Shown: positions 1 to 13,061 of the stretch, one piece after another
Numbering within the stretch: the stretch's first letter is position 1
How the letters are laid out: every line of letters starts with the position of its first letter
Assembly (NCBI GenBank): GCA_964106915.2
Contig: OZ066930.1
Strand: one strand, 5' to 3'
Source: Podarcis gaigeae
Taxonomy: Eukaryota
DNA length: 64,000 nucleotides
Made by a program: the position numbers and the translations under genes
Notes under the pieces: generated by a model
Seen by the model: only the letters and a program-made list of their open reading frames with translations
What the model was told of the DNA's origin: nothing
Databases searched by the model: none

Positions 1-1062
1 TTCTAATTTGTACTTAATAAAAATAAAAAATTAATTAAAAAGGGAGTTGCTCCATCCCTTTGATCATTTGAATTCCCTTTTTCCAAATTGTAAATTCTTT
101 TGTAATGCAGCGTACATAAAATGGCAATACCTTTATGAGAGGGAGCAAGAGAACCAACTGAGGCTTTCTCCTCCTTCTCTGCTAGACCTCTGTCTGGCAC
201 CATTAACTGCATCTCCTTCCATCTGGCTTCTGCCTCTTAGCTGTTTTCAGTGGTGGCCAGTGTCCCAGGTCTAATGGCCATATCTCCTCATGACATGCTG
301 TAAGAAAACTTCAGGTGTGTTCACATCTGAAGGCAGCACCAGCAATGGGTGGCACATGAAATGGTTTGGGGCTGGCAGGTTAGGAGGTGAGCTGCCAGCC
401 TCCCAGGTTGTCTTCTCTGTTGTCCATCTGCACAGAAGGCAAAAAAGGGGCATTTCCACAGAGCCTCTGTCCTTTCTGGATGTTTGGAAAGGACCAAAGG
501 GTCACCCACACCCAGGCAGCACCATGAGAGATACAGGCATTCTATTCCGGTGGGCTACTTTGGACTAGACCAAAGTCCCACAAGTATCTTCCCAGGGTCT
601 TGGGCAGAAACCTTATCTCTTCCCTACTCCACAGCTCTGCATAGTTCATTATCTCTTGTCTTCTGAGTCAGGGATCCTCTGAAATAAAGCTGCAGTCCCA
701 GACAAACGGACGCTTGCTGGAAAGATTGTGATAATTTTCTGAACGCACTTCGGTGCTAGTTAGGGAGGACCCAGGATAGTCTTGCAGCAGACATGACTGC
801 AGGAAAATCAGGAACCTGGGACATTGCAGCCTGAGTGCAAAGTAGCTTTGAAGGACGAGGCTGCTTCTACACTGGCCATACTTCCGTTCTCTCATTTTTC
901 CAGGGCATCTGCACTACACTGAGCAAAATATTCCTTTCCTGTTTTCCTTCTGCAGCTTCATTCCACCTTTATGATGTGCTTATTTAGGCAGCTTATGTGG
1001 CAAGTAACTAGTACGCCGAATGAATGACACTACTCATAATAACTGTTTGCTTTTCTTCGCAG

Positions 1063-1247
1063 ACTTGTCTTTTAGCGGGATGCCGCCCGGCTACGCCTAT
1101 GACGTGGACAGGGCCGAAGAGCAGCGTCGTCACCATGACATGATGCCCTACATCGACGACTCGCCCTCCTCCTCTCCCCATCTCAGCTCCAAGAGCCGAG
1201 GCAGCCGTGACACCATTTCCTCGGGGTCTCTGGAATCCACAAAATCA
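1063..1247 (+). CDS. BCR: BCR exon 2
   Basis: ttcgcag|AC...TCA|gtaagc; (D)LSFSGMPPGYAYDVDRAEEQRRHHDMMPYIDDSPSSSPHLSSKSRGSRDTISSGSLESTKS; 185 nt. Confidence 0.95.
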
Positions 1248-1401
1248 GTAAGCGTCCTTTTGACTCTTGGAGCGGACTGTAGGAGCAAACCCATTCAGGT
1301 TCTCTCATTTGCCCAATTTATGTACTAGTGGTTTTTCTCCCCTATTTCGTACAAACTATTGTTTTGTCAGTTGGAAGTGTGTGTCTGCACACCACCTGGC
1401 C

Positions 1402-1753
1402 AAAGTAAAGGTAAAGGGACCCCTGACCATTAGGTCCAGTCGTGGCCGACTCTAGGGTTGCGGTGCTCATCTCGCTTTATTGGCCGAGGGAGCCGGCGTA
1501 CAGCTTCCGGGTCATGTGGCCAGCATGACTAAGCCGTTTCTGGCGAACCAGAGCAGGGCACGGAAACGCCGTTTACCTTCCCGCCGGAGCGGTACCTATT
1601 TGTCTACTTGAACTGGTGTGCTTTCGAACTGCTAGGTTGGCAGGAGCTGGGACCAAACAACAGGAGCTCACCCCGTCACGGGGTTTCGAACCGCCGACCT
1701 TCAGATCGGCAAGTCCTAGGCTCTGTTGTTTAAGTCCTAGGCTCTGTGGTTTA
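1402..1753 (-). mobile_element. Sauria SINE (Squam1-type)
   Basis: (ACCTTT)n tail on the minus strand (aaagtaaaggtaaaggg), characteristic body ccaggtccagtcgtggccgactc-like/gggtcatgtggccagcatgact, and a tRNA-like B box (ggttcgaa) in the head; two further copies in the window. Confidence 0.9.
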
Positions 1754-2420
1754 CTGGACCCCAACTTCAGTTGCCCTCTCTGGCCAATGAGAGATCTCCG
1801 CAGACGTTGTGTTCAGGTTCATTGTCATAGAGATAAGGAAGGGATTGTGGCTTGCTTACATTCCCAAATGAAAGCTGCAGTTGTCAGGAAGGGTGAGTCC
1901 TTCGCCGCACCGATTTGCCACGTGTGGACTATCACATCCAGGCAGGTCTGGCTGCCCTCTTTCTTCCTGCCCCCTGTGATCTGACCCGTGATGCTCAGCT
2001 CTTGGCCTCTTCTGGGTCAGCCTGCAAGTCTACATGTACATGCTCTGACCTCCCCAGAAGCCAACTCTGCCCTTTGCCTGCCAAGCTGCCAGTTAAGATC
2101 ATCTTTCCAGTGGAGGGGTTAAACTAAGCTGAAATTAACTCCTTGGTAGTTCAGGGATCCTGCTGTGTGTACATCAATCGTCAGTACATGAATCATCCAG
2201 TATGACAGAAGCTTTCTCATTTTATATATAACGGGTGGTGAACCTGGGCTGTGCAGGCATTGCTGGACTACAACTCCCAGCAGCCTCAGCCAGCCTGGCC
2301 AGTGATCAGGGCCAGATCTGAAGGGCCACAGGATCACCATTCCTAATGTATAAAATAACACTGTTGTCCCTGGGGTGTGCACTGCCTTGCCTTCCCTTTC
2401 AAGAGTTTGCACTCTAAATA

Positions 2421-2668
2421 CTGTATTTTTCGCTCTATAAGACGCACCAGACCACAAGTTTTTGGAGGAGGAAAACAAGAAAAACATATTCTGAATCTCA
2501 GAAGCCAGAACAGCAAGAGGGATCGCTGCGCAGTGAAAGCAGCAATCCCTCTTGCTGTTCTGGCTTCTGGGATAGCTGCGCAGCCTGCATTCGCTCCATA
2601 AAACGGGCACGTAGTTCCCTTTACTTTTTAGGAGGGAAAAAGTGAGTCTTATAGAGCAAAAAATACGG
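2421..2668. mobile_element. Tc2-like (Tc1/mariner superfamily) MITE
   Basis: TA target duplications; TIRs ctgtatttttcgctctataagac / gtcttatagagcaaaaaatacgg; internal hairpin. Confidence 0.85.
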
Positions 2669-3892
2669 TAAATAAAGGGTTTGTATTCGCCATAAGATTG
2701 TGGGGAAGGAGCAAGGCAATACTGTACAAGGACGTGAACAGTCTCCCCCCCCCCCGCTTTTTCCCCACTGCAGAGAGCTTTTGGCATCTTTTGCGCGTGC
2801 TTTTAATTCCCAGAACCACCCGCTGTCACTCATCTTTTTTGTGGTTCCTTTTACGATTCCTCAGCCGTAGCAGCTGGAGCAAGAAGCAAGGCCTTTTAAT
2901 TTCCCCAGAGTCTGCTTCCGCAGGAGGGGGCGAGGGGAGAATGCAGCGTGCCTGGTTGTTAGCATCAATGTCTGTTTTCCCCAGCCTGGTGCCCTCCAGA
3001 TATTTTGGGCTAGCACCAGCATCCACTGGGCCTTGCTGGCTAGGGCTGAGGGGAGATGTAGCCCAAAGTGTTTGGAGGGCATCGGCTTAGGGAAGGCTGC
3101 TCTAAAGTCACATGCCTCTGCACTGAGGCAGTGGTTGTAGCTTCTGATTGTGCCACCGGGGCTGATTTCTAGAATCAAAGTTGTGCCGGGAGCTGGCCCT
3201 TCACTCTGGCCAGCGGCTGTGTGAGAAACTCTTTGCTCTTCTGTGGTGGGGGCGGCTGAGGAGCTTTTACGAGCAGCTCTGACAGAATATCCTGGCTGGT
3301 AGACATCAGAAAGGTGGCCTTGCCTAGTTAGCAGCTGGTTGGTACATCCCATCTGGGGTGGGATCAAAGGGTGGCCAAACTGGTTTGAGAAATACTTTCT
3401 CTTCTGGCCTTGGGCAGTTTGGCATTGAGGAGCAGAGAGTGCCTGTGGCACTTCCCCAAAAAGCTTTAACTCTTTGCTGATAGGGGAGGGAAATACGGCA
3501 TCCGTCTGGTGATGTTGTTTTGACCCCACCTTGTTTCTTTTAAGAAGTCTTTTCTCTGAAGTGTGACCCAGTCAATTTATGATATGATAACTGCAAAGCT
3601 GTAGGAATTGCAGTTTTTGTTTTTTGTGGGGGTTTTTCAGTCTGTCTTTGTAGTTTTATCATTTTTTTACTCTCATTGTAGCTCCTGGCTAGAAAGTAGT
3701 GTATAAATTTGCGTAATTATGTATCATCATCACCATCATCATCAATGGAGGCACTTGTGGCCCAGCCTGGCTACTCCTCAGGAATCCCAGTTTATTAAGA
3801 AAAGCTCAATTGATCTATGATATTTCATTCAAAATGCTCAAGGCAGCGTAAAGTACCATAGGGCAGGAGTGGTCAACATGGTGCCCTCCAGA

Positions 3893-4026
3893 TCATAGAA
3901 TTACAGAGTTGGAAGGGACCCTGAGGATCAATTAACCCCCTGCAATTCAGGAAAATGCAGCCATCCCATATGGGGATCAAGCTTGCAACCTTGACATTAT
4001 CAGCACCATGCTCTAACCAATGATCT
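3893..4026 (-). mobile_element. tRNA-headed SINE with CR1 tail, nested in a hAT-like MITE (about 3862-4130)
   Basis: tcatagaattacagagttggaagggacc tail; minus-strand head ttggttagagcatggtgctgataa; flanked by the two halves of the ggtgccctccaga / tctggaggacacc palindrome. Confidence 0.7.
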
Positions 4027-6090
4027 GTCTAGGCATTTGATGTTATTGAACTCATAGGACTGTTGGCCAACCGGACCACTGGGGCTGATATTGGGAGTCC
4101 AATATCTGGAGGACACCACCACCATGATGCTGGCTATCCGTACCATGACAATAAATATACAAGTAATGGCAAGGCAGCTATGAAAGCAGAGTCTTTTGTG
4201 CCCTCTGGGACAGCTCTCTGGCCTGGTCTATGCCTGCCTATGGTGAAACACCCCCCCCCCCCCGGATTGTTCTGCAGCCTCTCTGATTCAGTGGGATTGG
4301 CTGGTCCCTTGGAGTCAGCTGTTGCTTGGGAATGGGGGTGCTGCTGCCATGCCTCTTCCCTTGCAAGCAGTCCTCCCAGTAATCGCCAGAAGGAAAGGGA
4401 AATAATTTTTTTGGGGGGTGGGCAATGGGTAGGCTGGGATTGTGGTCCACGGCAAGCCTCCAGAGCCAGCTCTGGCTACATCTCCTCCTTCCAGCTCCTT
4501 TCTGCTCCAGATCAGGGTCTTGGCTCTTGTGGTGCATGGCCTGGGAGGGGGCAGGGAGTGCCCAGCCAGTGCTTCGTCAAGCAATGCCCAAGGTCCTTGG
4601 CGTTGTCCTTGGCATCCCCCACCTTGCCTTTTGCTTGACTCCCAAGATCACCTGCTTGAGGCTGGTGTTGGCTTTCCCCCTCGCTCTCCCTCTCCTCCTC
4701 CTCTTCCTCCTGCTTGTTCTCTGCTGTTTTAATGGCTTTGCCTGAATGTACAAGCCCTTCCTGAGCAGAGGTTGGCATGAACACCATTGGGTGGTTATAA
4801 ATAAATGTTGGCTTCTCTCCCTGCTCCTCCACCTCTCTCCACACGAAGCACAGCCGGCTGGTTCTGCAGAAAACATTCCCTGTTCAGCACCACTCAAGCA
4901 GTGAAACCTTCTCCAGCAGCTTATTAAACAGAAGCCCCGGAAGATAATGTACGTTATAAGGATCCTAATTAATATCTCTCTGTCTCTCTCCGCTCTTCAT
5001 CCCCCGTTGGACTCTCTTGTCTCCCCCACCCCCTCTTCCTTCTTTTACTGGAAGTCTCTGCTCTGAAAATGTTCATTGTGCTGCTTCCCACAAAGTCATG
5101 GGAAGATACTTGTTCTTTACAGCTCCCTCTTTAACACACCCACTGGAAAACAACATTTCCCTTGCTGGAGGCAGGTGCCAGTGGGGCCCGCTGTGCAGCA
5201 TTGCTCATTCATTGTGTTTCCAGACCTTAATTCCTTACTCTCGCATTGTTATTAATTGAAGCGAAACAGGGGAAGGGCCTCAAGCCATTTCAAAACAGGT
5301 TCCAGGATGGAGCTGACCCTCTCTGATCTTTGCGTTTCACGGAATCCACAGCCTGCCGCAACTGAATACACTCTGCAGCAGCATCCTGGTTCCTTCCCTG
5401 TGGCAGAGTGGGGCAGGAACTGGGGGGGGGGGGAGCACAACGCCTGGACTTTCCAGATCAGGAGCAATTACATCACCTTCTGGGTAACTGATAGATCCTC
5501 CTTGTTCTTTCAAAGTGAAGGAAGTGATGATGAGACTTTCAGAGAATGAGGACAGTAATCAGCTAGATAGAGGCTAGATGTTTCCCTCCCTTGTGTCATC
5601 AGCCTAAATGATAACAGTTGTGGTGCTCATTTACGGCTTGCAGGCTTCCTGCAGGTATAAAGCTGGCCACTGTGAGAACAAGGATGTTGGACTAGATGAG
5701 CCATTGGCCTGATCTACCAGGCTTGTCTTACGTTCTAGTTCCTTGCATTTTTAGAAGCCGCATTTCAACTGGCTGAAGAACACTTGTTAAAATCTCTGTG
5801 TTTTGCCAGCTGAACCTAGAGTGCAGGGGAGGCCAACAAACTATGCAGAGGACTGTAGTCATGGCTGATGCATAGCTAGGCCTCCCCAGTCAAATTCCAG
5901 CTTGTTAACTATAATCACCACACTTTGCCAGTTCATTCATCAATGACTTTCAGTTGATCCCGTTAAACTCTTGCATGCATGCATCTATTACTCTATGAAT
6001 CTTCTTTCTGGGTGCTTGGGAGGGGAATGTCACAAGGGGCTCCTGCACTTGAAACTTCACTACAACACTGCTGGCTTCCTTGCAAAAGTA

Positions 6091-6328
6091 CCGTATTTTT
6101 CGCTCTATAAGACACACCTAGTTTTTGGAGGAGGAAAACAAGAAAAAAAATATTCTGAATCTCAGAAGCCAGAACAGCAAGCGGGATCGCTGTGCAGTGA
6201 AAGCAGCAATTCCTCTTGCTGTTCTGGCTTCTGGGATAGCTGTGCAGCCTGCATTCGCTCCATAAGATGCACACACATTTCCCCTTTTTAGGAGGGAAAA
6301 AGTGAGTCTTATAGAGCAAAAAATACGG
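6091..6328. mobile_element. Tc2-like MITE (same family as 2421)
   Basis: TA|ccgtatttttcgctctataagac ... gtcttatagagcaaaaaatacgg|TA. Confidence 0.85.
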
Positions 6329-7969
6329 TATTTTGGTAGACAAGCAGAAAAATTTGGGCCACCAGAATTTACAAACCCTTGACACCCAGGCTTCTTTAAC
6401 CACCCAGATGATTTACAAATTTAATAACTTTGTCGGAGGAACAGCTCCCACCTATTTCTAAAATGTCTTCCCTGCTCTGTTTCCAACCACAGTTCAAAGT
6501 GTGAGACGTTTACCATGAGAACCCCAGTCGGTCAAGATGGGAGATGCAGTTCAGCTAGCATTTTTAAAACTGCTGTCTTGCTTTGTAATTTGTTGTTATT
6601 AGCTTGTGAGATCTGTTGTTTAGACAGCCCTGATATTTATGCTGAAGGGGCAGCACAGCATTTTTTTGGAAGTGAAAAATAAGCAAGCACACTGGCTTGA
6701 AGTTTTAGGCTGGACGACTCCTGCCTCTGCTAAGGAGTGTGTCTGCAGGGATTGGTACGAAGGGGCTCACCATGGAGATTAGTAATCATAAGAGGGAAGG
6801 TGGGGGCAAAGGTAAGAGCAGCGAGAAAAGGGGTGGAGCTGCACAAAAGAGAGCATGTGAGCAACTGGCGACCACTGCAGTGCCAGTTCAGCAGCTTCCG
6901 TAAAACTGCTGATAGATTTGCATCTGTGACTTCACTCCAAGCACGTGAAAGAACCGAGCAGCTTCCTGTAATGTGTGGACTGCGCTGTTGATGTTGAGCT
7001 GATGACCACCTTTGTGCAAAACTGAGAACAAATTGCTCCTTGAACCCCGAGGGTTGAGTGTGCTGGTACAAAGAGCATCCAGGCCTCCGAGATGTTTGGG
7101 GCCTGCTTTAGAGATCCTAGGATGTGCCTGTCAGCTGGAGGACTTGAGTGCTCTTTGCACAGCAGCAGTGCCCAGTGGGGATATGGTGCTGTTCCTTGCA
7201 AATGGGCAACACGCACCAAAGAGCTGTAGAATGGCTAAGCTGCTAGCGAATAAACATTTTACGCTGCTGGTTTGTATCTCATACTTCTTCTCCATTCCCA
7301 CCCCCAATTTCTGTTTTTTTCACAACATCTGAGTGATGGCGGGTCTGTCTGTCTCAGAACTGTACTCCAGGTATGCAGCACTGGAGTCTGCTAACTCAAA
7401 ATCAAGGTGTGAATGCCTGCTTCCTTTCACCACCTTCACACTTTATGTATCTCCTGTTTTGGGGTGTGCTTGGTGCTCCCTGCCTAGCAAACTGACCTTT
7501 TTTTGCCTGCGTGCCACCGATTTAGTGCAGGCAAGTTCCCCCGCAGCACCCCTGTCAGAATGAGATTTATGAGTCTTTGAGGCATCACAGCTAGGGTTGG
7601 GTGGATCTGCTTATTTTCATTCCGAGTTAACTTCGCAGAGGCTCATTCGTAAGTCCCTGCTATTTTCTGCATTTAAAAGGAAGTGTGTAGCTAAATGCAT
7701 ATTTTGTCACAATGCATTTCACCTCGGTGCATGCATTTCTAAACACTGCGTGCGTTTTAATATGTCATTTGAACCGGGAAATGTGAAATGCAAAGGGATA
7801 AGGACGTGTTCTGGTATGCGCCTTGGTATTGGAGGTGGGAATTGAGTCATTTCACTTAAAATGCAGACTTAACAAAAATTCTCCCTTAATCCCCAATTCC
7901 ACATCCAGCTTAGAGAGCTGCCTTCTGCACTACCTTACCATTGTTTTTCTTGCGTCTTTCCTTCTCTAG

Positions 7970-8074
7970 AGTGAGCCAGACTTGGAGAAGGGCTTGGAGA
8001 TGAGGAAATGGGTCCTGTCTGGAATCCTGGCTAGTGAGGAAACCTACTTAGGCCACCTTGAAGCTCTGTTGCTG
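7970..8074 (+). CDS. BCR: BCR exon 3 (start of DH domain)
   Basis: tctctag|AGT...CTG|gtaaga; [35 protein letters not shown]; 105 nt. Confidence 0.97.
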
Positions 8075-8393
8075 GTAAGAACACCCAGGAACATGTGGAC
8101 GGGGAGGCGTGGGTTTTATTTCCAGAACTGGCTGAAGACACTGTGAACTTGTGGTGGAATAGCCAAAAGGGATTTCCCTTGTCCTAACTGACTGGGAAGC
8201 TCTCCAGTTCAGCCCCCCCTTCATTAAAAGTAATGGGAGCTGTGCAAGAGCATTGTTAGGCTTTTGTAAACTGTTCCTATTCATTTCAATGGGACTTCAG
8301 CAGGAGAATTCCCCAGTAGACTGTGCTTGGTGGTTGTGATCAGAGGGTTCCTGAAGTGGCCACCGTGTCTTACGCTTCATGGGAGAATGGAAT

Positions 8394-8636
8394 AGGTAAA
8401 GGTAAAGGGACCCCTGACCATTAGGTCCAGTCGTGACCGACTCTGGGGTTGCGGCGGTCATCTCGCTTTATTGGCCTAGGGAGCCGGCATACAGCTTCCG
8501 GGTCCTGTGGCCAGCATGACTAAGCCACTTCTGGCAAACCAGAGCAGCGCATGGAAATGCTGTTTACCTTCCCGCTGGAGCGGTACCTATTTATCTACTT
8601 GCACTGGTGGGCTTTCGAATCGCTAGGTTGGCAGGA
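8394..8636 (-). mobile_element. Sauria SINE, 5'-truncated
   Basis: aggtaaaggtaaagggacccctgaccattaggtccagt... closely matches the 1402 copy but stops before the tRNA head. Confidence 0.9.
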
Positions 8637-8902
8637 GAACAGAATAGGATTGGACTTTTTCACAAAGATCTGGAACAGCCTTCCTCAACCTGAAGATGCT
8701 TTGGATTTTAACACCCCTCATTTCCAACCAGCATGGCTGTATTGTAGTCCAAAATATTTGGAGGAGATCAGGTTGAGCAAGGCTGATTTGGAGCATGTCC
8801 AAATGGGGACGTTCCAGCACAATCAGACAGGAAGCCCAGCCATTCCGGCTGGTGGATGCCTTTGTTTTTTCACCTGCATGAAGGGTGGTCTCTGTTTTCC
8901 AG

Positions 8903-9088
8903 CCCATGAAGCCTCTGAAAGCTGCTGCCACCACCTCACAGCCTGTGCTGACCAGTCAGCAGATCGAAACCATCTTCTTCAAAGTGCCTGAGCTCTACGA
9001 GATCCACAAGGACTTCTATGACGGGCTCTTCCCACGGGTGCAGCAGTGGAGCCACCAACAGAGGGTGGGGGACCTCTTCCAGAAGCTG
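8903..9088 (+). CDS. BCR: BCR exon 4 (DH)
   Basis: ttccag|CCC...CTG|gtgagc; [62 protein letters not shown]; 186 nt. Confidence 0.97.
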
Positions 9089-11628
9089 GTGAGCCAAAGC
9101 TTCTCTCATAGCTGCTTTGCTGATGCTCTCGGGACCTGTGGAGCCCCTGCTCTCTCCCAGGTGTTGCCTCTCTGCTTTCCCCTCCAGCTGTGTTGTGGTT
9201 TGCGCACATTGGGTGAAGGTGGTGTCTAAGGTGGCAAATAGGAGCAACCCTGAGTGAGAAGCAGCTGTGTGGGATGGAAGGCCTGTAGGCTGGCAAGTTA
9301 GGGGTTGCATAGCCCTCTGGCTGGACTTGGTTTTGCTTTGTCAGGACTCCAGCAACTCCTGGCAGATGCCTTTGTGACCTTCATCATAGCCTGGAGCATG
9401 TTTGTGTGCGTGTGTTTGCACACCTTGATCTTTCTGGTTCATTTTTCAACCTAACAATTAAGTGTTTAGGCCAGATGTCCTTCAAGTAAACTGAACTCCA
9501 AATGGGGAGGACTGCAGTTCAATGACAAGAGCATCTGCTTAGCACATAGAAGGTCTCAGGTTCAATGTTGAATAGCATCTCCTGGTGAAGCTGGGGAAAG
9601 ACTCACTGCTTGAAAGCCTAGAGAGCCCATGCCGGTCAGTGTGGACCACACCATACCAGATGGATCAGTGGTCTCATTCTGTATGGCAACGTCCTGTTCT
9701 CATCAGCCCCAGCCAACACAGTTGTATGACGCTGAGGCTCATGGGAATTAGGAGCCCATGTACTTCCCACTGTCAGTTTCCTGTGGAATATGATGTTGGG
9801 TCCCTTCTTGGGTTTTACAATAGCCCCTGAGAAACCCACAGGAATGCATTTTTCTTGCTGTATCTGCATGGGACAAAGGTGAAATGGTTCCCCCATTGGC
9901 CTGTTGTAGCTCTGCCATTTTGTTGACTGGAACTGGGAGCAAATGCTGAGCGTTCAGATATCAGCATTGTGTCCGTCTTGCCGTCCCCACGTCCTTGTGC
10001 CTTGGGCGTAGTGAGCTGCCCTGCACCATCTCCCAGCAGCTGGACTGTCTTTTCCATGTTGCCTGCATATAATTTGGGCTGTGGTCAATTGACGAAGGGA
10101 GAGGCACACAGCAGGGACCCTCCCCACTTCCCTCCCTCCCCAGGACCAGCTTTTGTTTTTGATCCTGCTGGACCTAAAGCCTTTGCAGCCCTGCCTTGGG
10201 GAGTTGCCAAGCCCACTTTGAAGTGCGAGGAGAGGGAGAGATGTTTGCAAAGGGAAGCAAGGGCACTGTCTGTCTCTCCTTTCCCTGGGAGCTGCCAGGT
10301 TCTTCCCCCACCCCTCCCCCTGCTTCCCTCCCCCTCCCCCAGCTCTCTTTCTCTCTCCATCTGCACTCCTCCTTCCGGCTTTGATCTAGCCTTGCTGTTC
10401 TGCCTCCTCAGCCGCAGACTGTGGGGTAGACATATTTTCCCCTTGGATATCCTGAGCGTTCCTTGTACCCTGACCTTGGCCAAATACCTCTTGGGGGGCA
10501 GCACTGTGGAAGAGCTCTTTCCCCCACCAGTAAGCCCCAGGGCTGCCTGCTTTGTTGCTGTCACACCTCTTCTCTGGCTCTGGAAGAGAGCACTTGGGCC
10601 CCCTCTTCCAGTTTGTTCTCTTTTAAAGAAAGGAAATGTCGCATTCTTGAGGTGCCTCTGGTTCTTCAGACCAGAGGAGAAATTCTGCGGTGCGTAGAAA
10701 TGGTGAGCGCAACTCAGTAGGGTCATCCAAGTACTACCATGTGTCGGCACACCAGTCGTCTGCATGGGGAATGGGAGACTGGGCCTGGCTTGCACTGCCA
10801 GCCACTCCAAGAAACAGGGACCAGGCAGGAAGAGCAAGGCTTTGTGTGCCACAACTAGTGTGCAAAACATAAGGATATCAGAAGAGCTCTGCAGTTAGAT
10901 AAGGCCAAAGACTCATCAATGTTCTGTTCTCACAGAGGCCAACCCAGATGCCTTGCAAGCAGTGCAGCAGCGACACTTGTGCTGCTCAGCAACTGGTTTT
11001 CAGAGGTTTACTGCCCCTGACACTGGAGGGTCGTCTACACCCATCCTGATAAGTAGCAATTGTTAGTCTAATCCTTCGTGAATTCATCTAATCTCCCTTT
11101 AGAGCTGTCTACATTCATGAACATTGCTACCCATAGGACAGTGGAAGAGAAGATGAGCCATCATTGTCTTCTCACTGTGTGTGTCTTTAACATGAATTAC
11201 AATCCCCAAATACAATCAGGGAGCTGAACACCAAAAACCAAAGTGAACGTTCATTTTCTCCCTGGTCCAGAACAGAAGCTGAGGACTTGAATTTGTGGAG
11301 TGAGAGCTGCTCCAGGCTGGGTTTATTTTTTGCAACATGTCATTGACACAATAGCAGCGCATTTGTGGAGGATGTATTCCGCCTGTGTTCCTGAACTATT
11401 GTCGTCCGGAGGGGCGCACGATAGCGCAATAAAAGTGGAATGAAAAATAAACTAGAACATTTGTGGCATAAAAAGCTGCAGGATTTTGGATTGAAGTTGC
11501 TGAACATGCACTGTTTGGAAATGAAGCAATATTTCTGCCTAGAACCATTGCAGAGGTGCAAGCAGTATTGAAAGCGGGATTGCTTATAACTACCCCAATA
11601 CCTTCATGGGCACAAACAATCAGTGCTT

Positions 11629-11768
11629 GCTAGCTCAGTTGTTAGAGCACGAGACACTCGATCTCAGGGTAGTTGGTTTGAGCCCCACATTGGGCAAAAA
11701 GATTCCTGTTTCACAAGTGGTTGGATTAGATGATCCTTGTGGTCCCTTCCAACTCTATGATTCTATGA
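11629..11768 (+). mobile_element. tRNA-headed SINE with CR1-derived tail
   Basis: tagctcagttgttagagc...ggtttgagccccac head, then ggtcccttccaactctatgattctatga. Confidence 0.8.
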
Positions 11769-13061
11769 ACGCCCAATGAAAAGGATGCTTGGCGGTATCC
11801 TGGATGAAAAGCTGGAAGATGAGCTCCTTCTCTCTCAGTGGAGCACAAATGACATTAGTCACTTTGCTTTCCTGTGCCTTCTCCATGGGTGCTTGCTCTT
11901 TGCACTGTGAATTCTCCACACTGAGCAATGGGCAGCAAGCGCAGAGTTTACATTTACTTGAGAGTTCAGACATGCTTGGGATTCGCCCAGCCTTTTCCTG
12001 AGCAGGCATGAACTATGGCTGCTATTTACAAGTCAGCAAACGAGATCAGTGCTAAGTCCCAGTGATTAAGAGGGGCTTATTCCAAGGCTTCTGGGTCTGC
12101 TGCTATTGCAGCACCACCAAACTGATGGAGAAATTCTTCCCAGTCTCTCTCTCTCACTCTGTCTCTCTCACACACGCCACCATCTTTTTCAGCCATCTTT
12201 GTTTTGCCCTCCTCCTGCCTCAACAGTCAACCATAAAGTTTTCCCTGGGTGACTTGGGAGCCTGAGTTTCCTTGCAGGGCTGTTGAGATGATAAAACGAA
12301 GAGGGTTGTGAATGGAGCGACCACGTACAACATCCTCAACTCCCTGGGCAGGATAAAAAGTAGAATATATTTTTTGAACTGAAAATTATTTTAACTTGTC
12401 CACATCTATTTCTCCACTGAGCTTGGGATGAGAAGGAAACAAAAACAAGCCATTAAAACAAAAAGCAGCTCCCCAAGAATTTTGTCCAGGGCACTTTCTC
12501 TCACCAGCTGGGCTTCTCCAAATACGGGAGGAAGGGCAACTTAAAAACTGATCCAGGCTCTGTGTTCAATGCTTTGCTCTTGCATTCATCCCTCTTGCAC
12601 TTTTCTCTATGCTAAAAAAGGGGCCTCTGCATGCGGCTGGTTTTGGGGCAGTGTGAACATCTGCAGTAACTGTGCAGTGAGAGGCAGGGATATCTCTGCT
12701 ATAGGTGTGTGTCTTGTTTGTACTGCCCTACAGCTGAATCATCTCTGACAGGCAGAGGGGCTGACACAGCCCTACAGTGTTTAACCCACTGGCCAGAATG
12801 CAGCAGAGAAAGTGGCCACAGCAGGGGTGGGTCACTGGGTTAATCCAGATGTGGGTAGGCAGCTGACCACCCCCACCCCCCTGCTCCCCCTCCCAGTCCT
12901 CTCTGGTAGCTGATGTGGGAGGGAGGCGCCTCTGTGCTTTGTGACAGCTCACCATCTTCTGTTCCTTTGGAATCCAGTGCAGCCAGCGGCCCTCTTCTCC
13001 CGCAGCCCCCCTTCCCCCCACCCCACCGGTGTTTGTTTCATTTTGCATTTGCTTTCTGCAG

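Noticed and set aside
1071-1076. Alternative acceptor tttag| for exon 2
   Set aside because: It is 13 nt downstream of the main acceptor and would shift the frame.
2119-4638. ORFs of 191-222 aa (2119-2787, 2861-3529, 4063-4638)
   Set aside because: They run through MITE or SINE sequence and GC-rich intron with no domain motifs or supporting splice structure.
4640-4960. Alternative first exon in intron 2 (CT-rich tract, TATA-like ttataaa, gtacgt donor)
   Set aside because: The frame reaching the donor in phase 0 has a stop just upstream, and the donor is weak.
10085-10870. 261-aa minus-strand ORF
   Set aside because: Low-complexity G/R-rich translation of the CT tract, non-ATG start, no recognisable domain.
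11629-11705. tRNA gene (also 63255-63320 and 16360-16440)
   Set aside because: Degenerate cloverleaf continuing directly into SINE body or LINE-derived tail; these are SINE heads.
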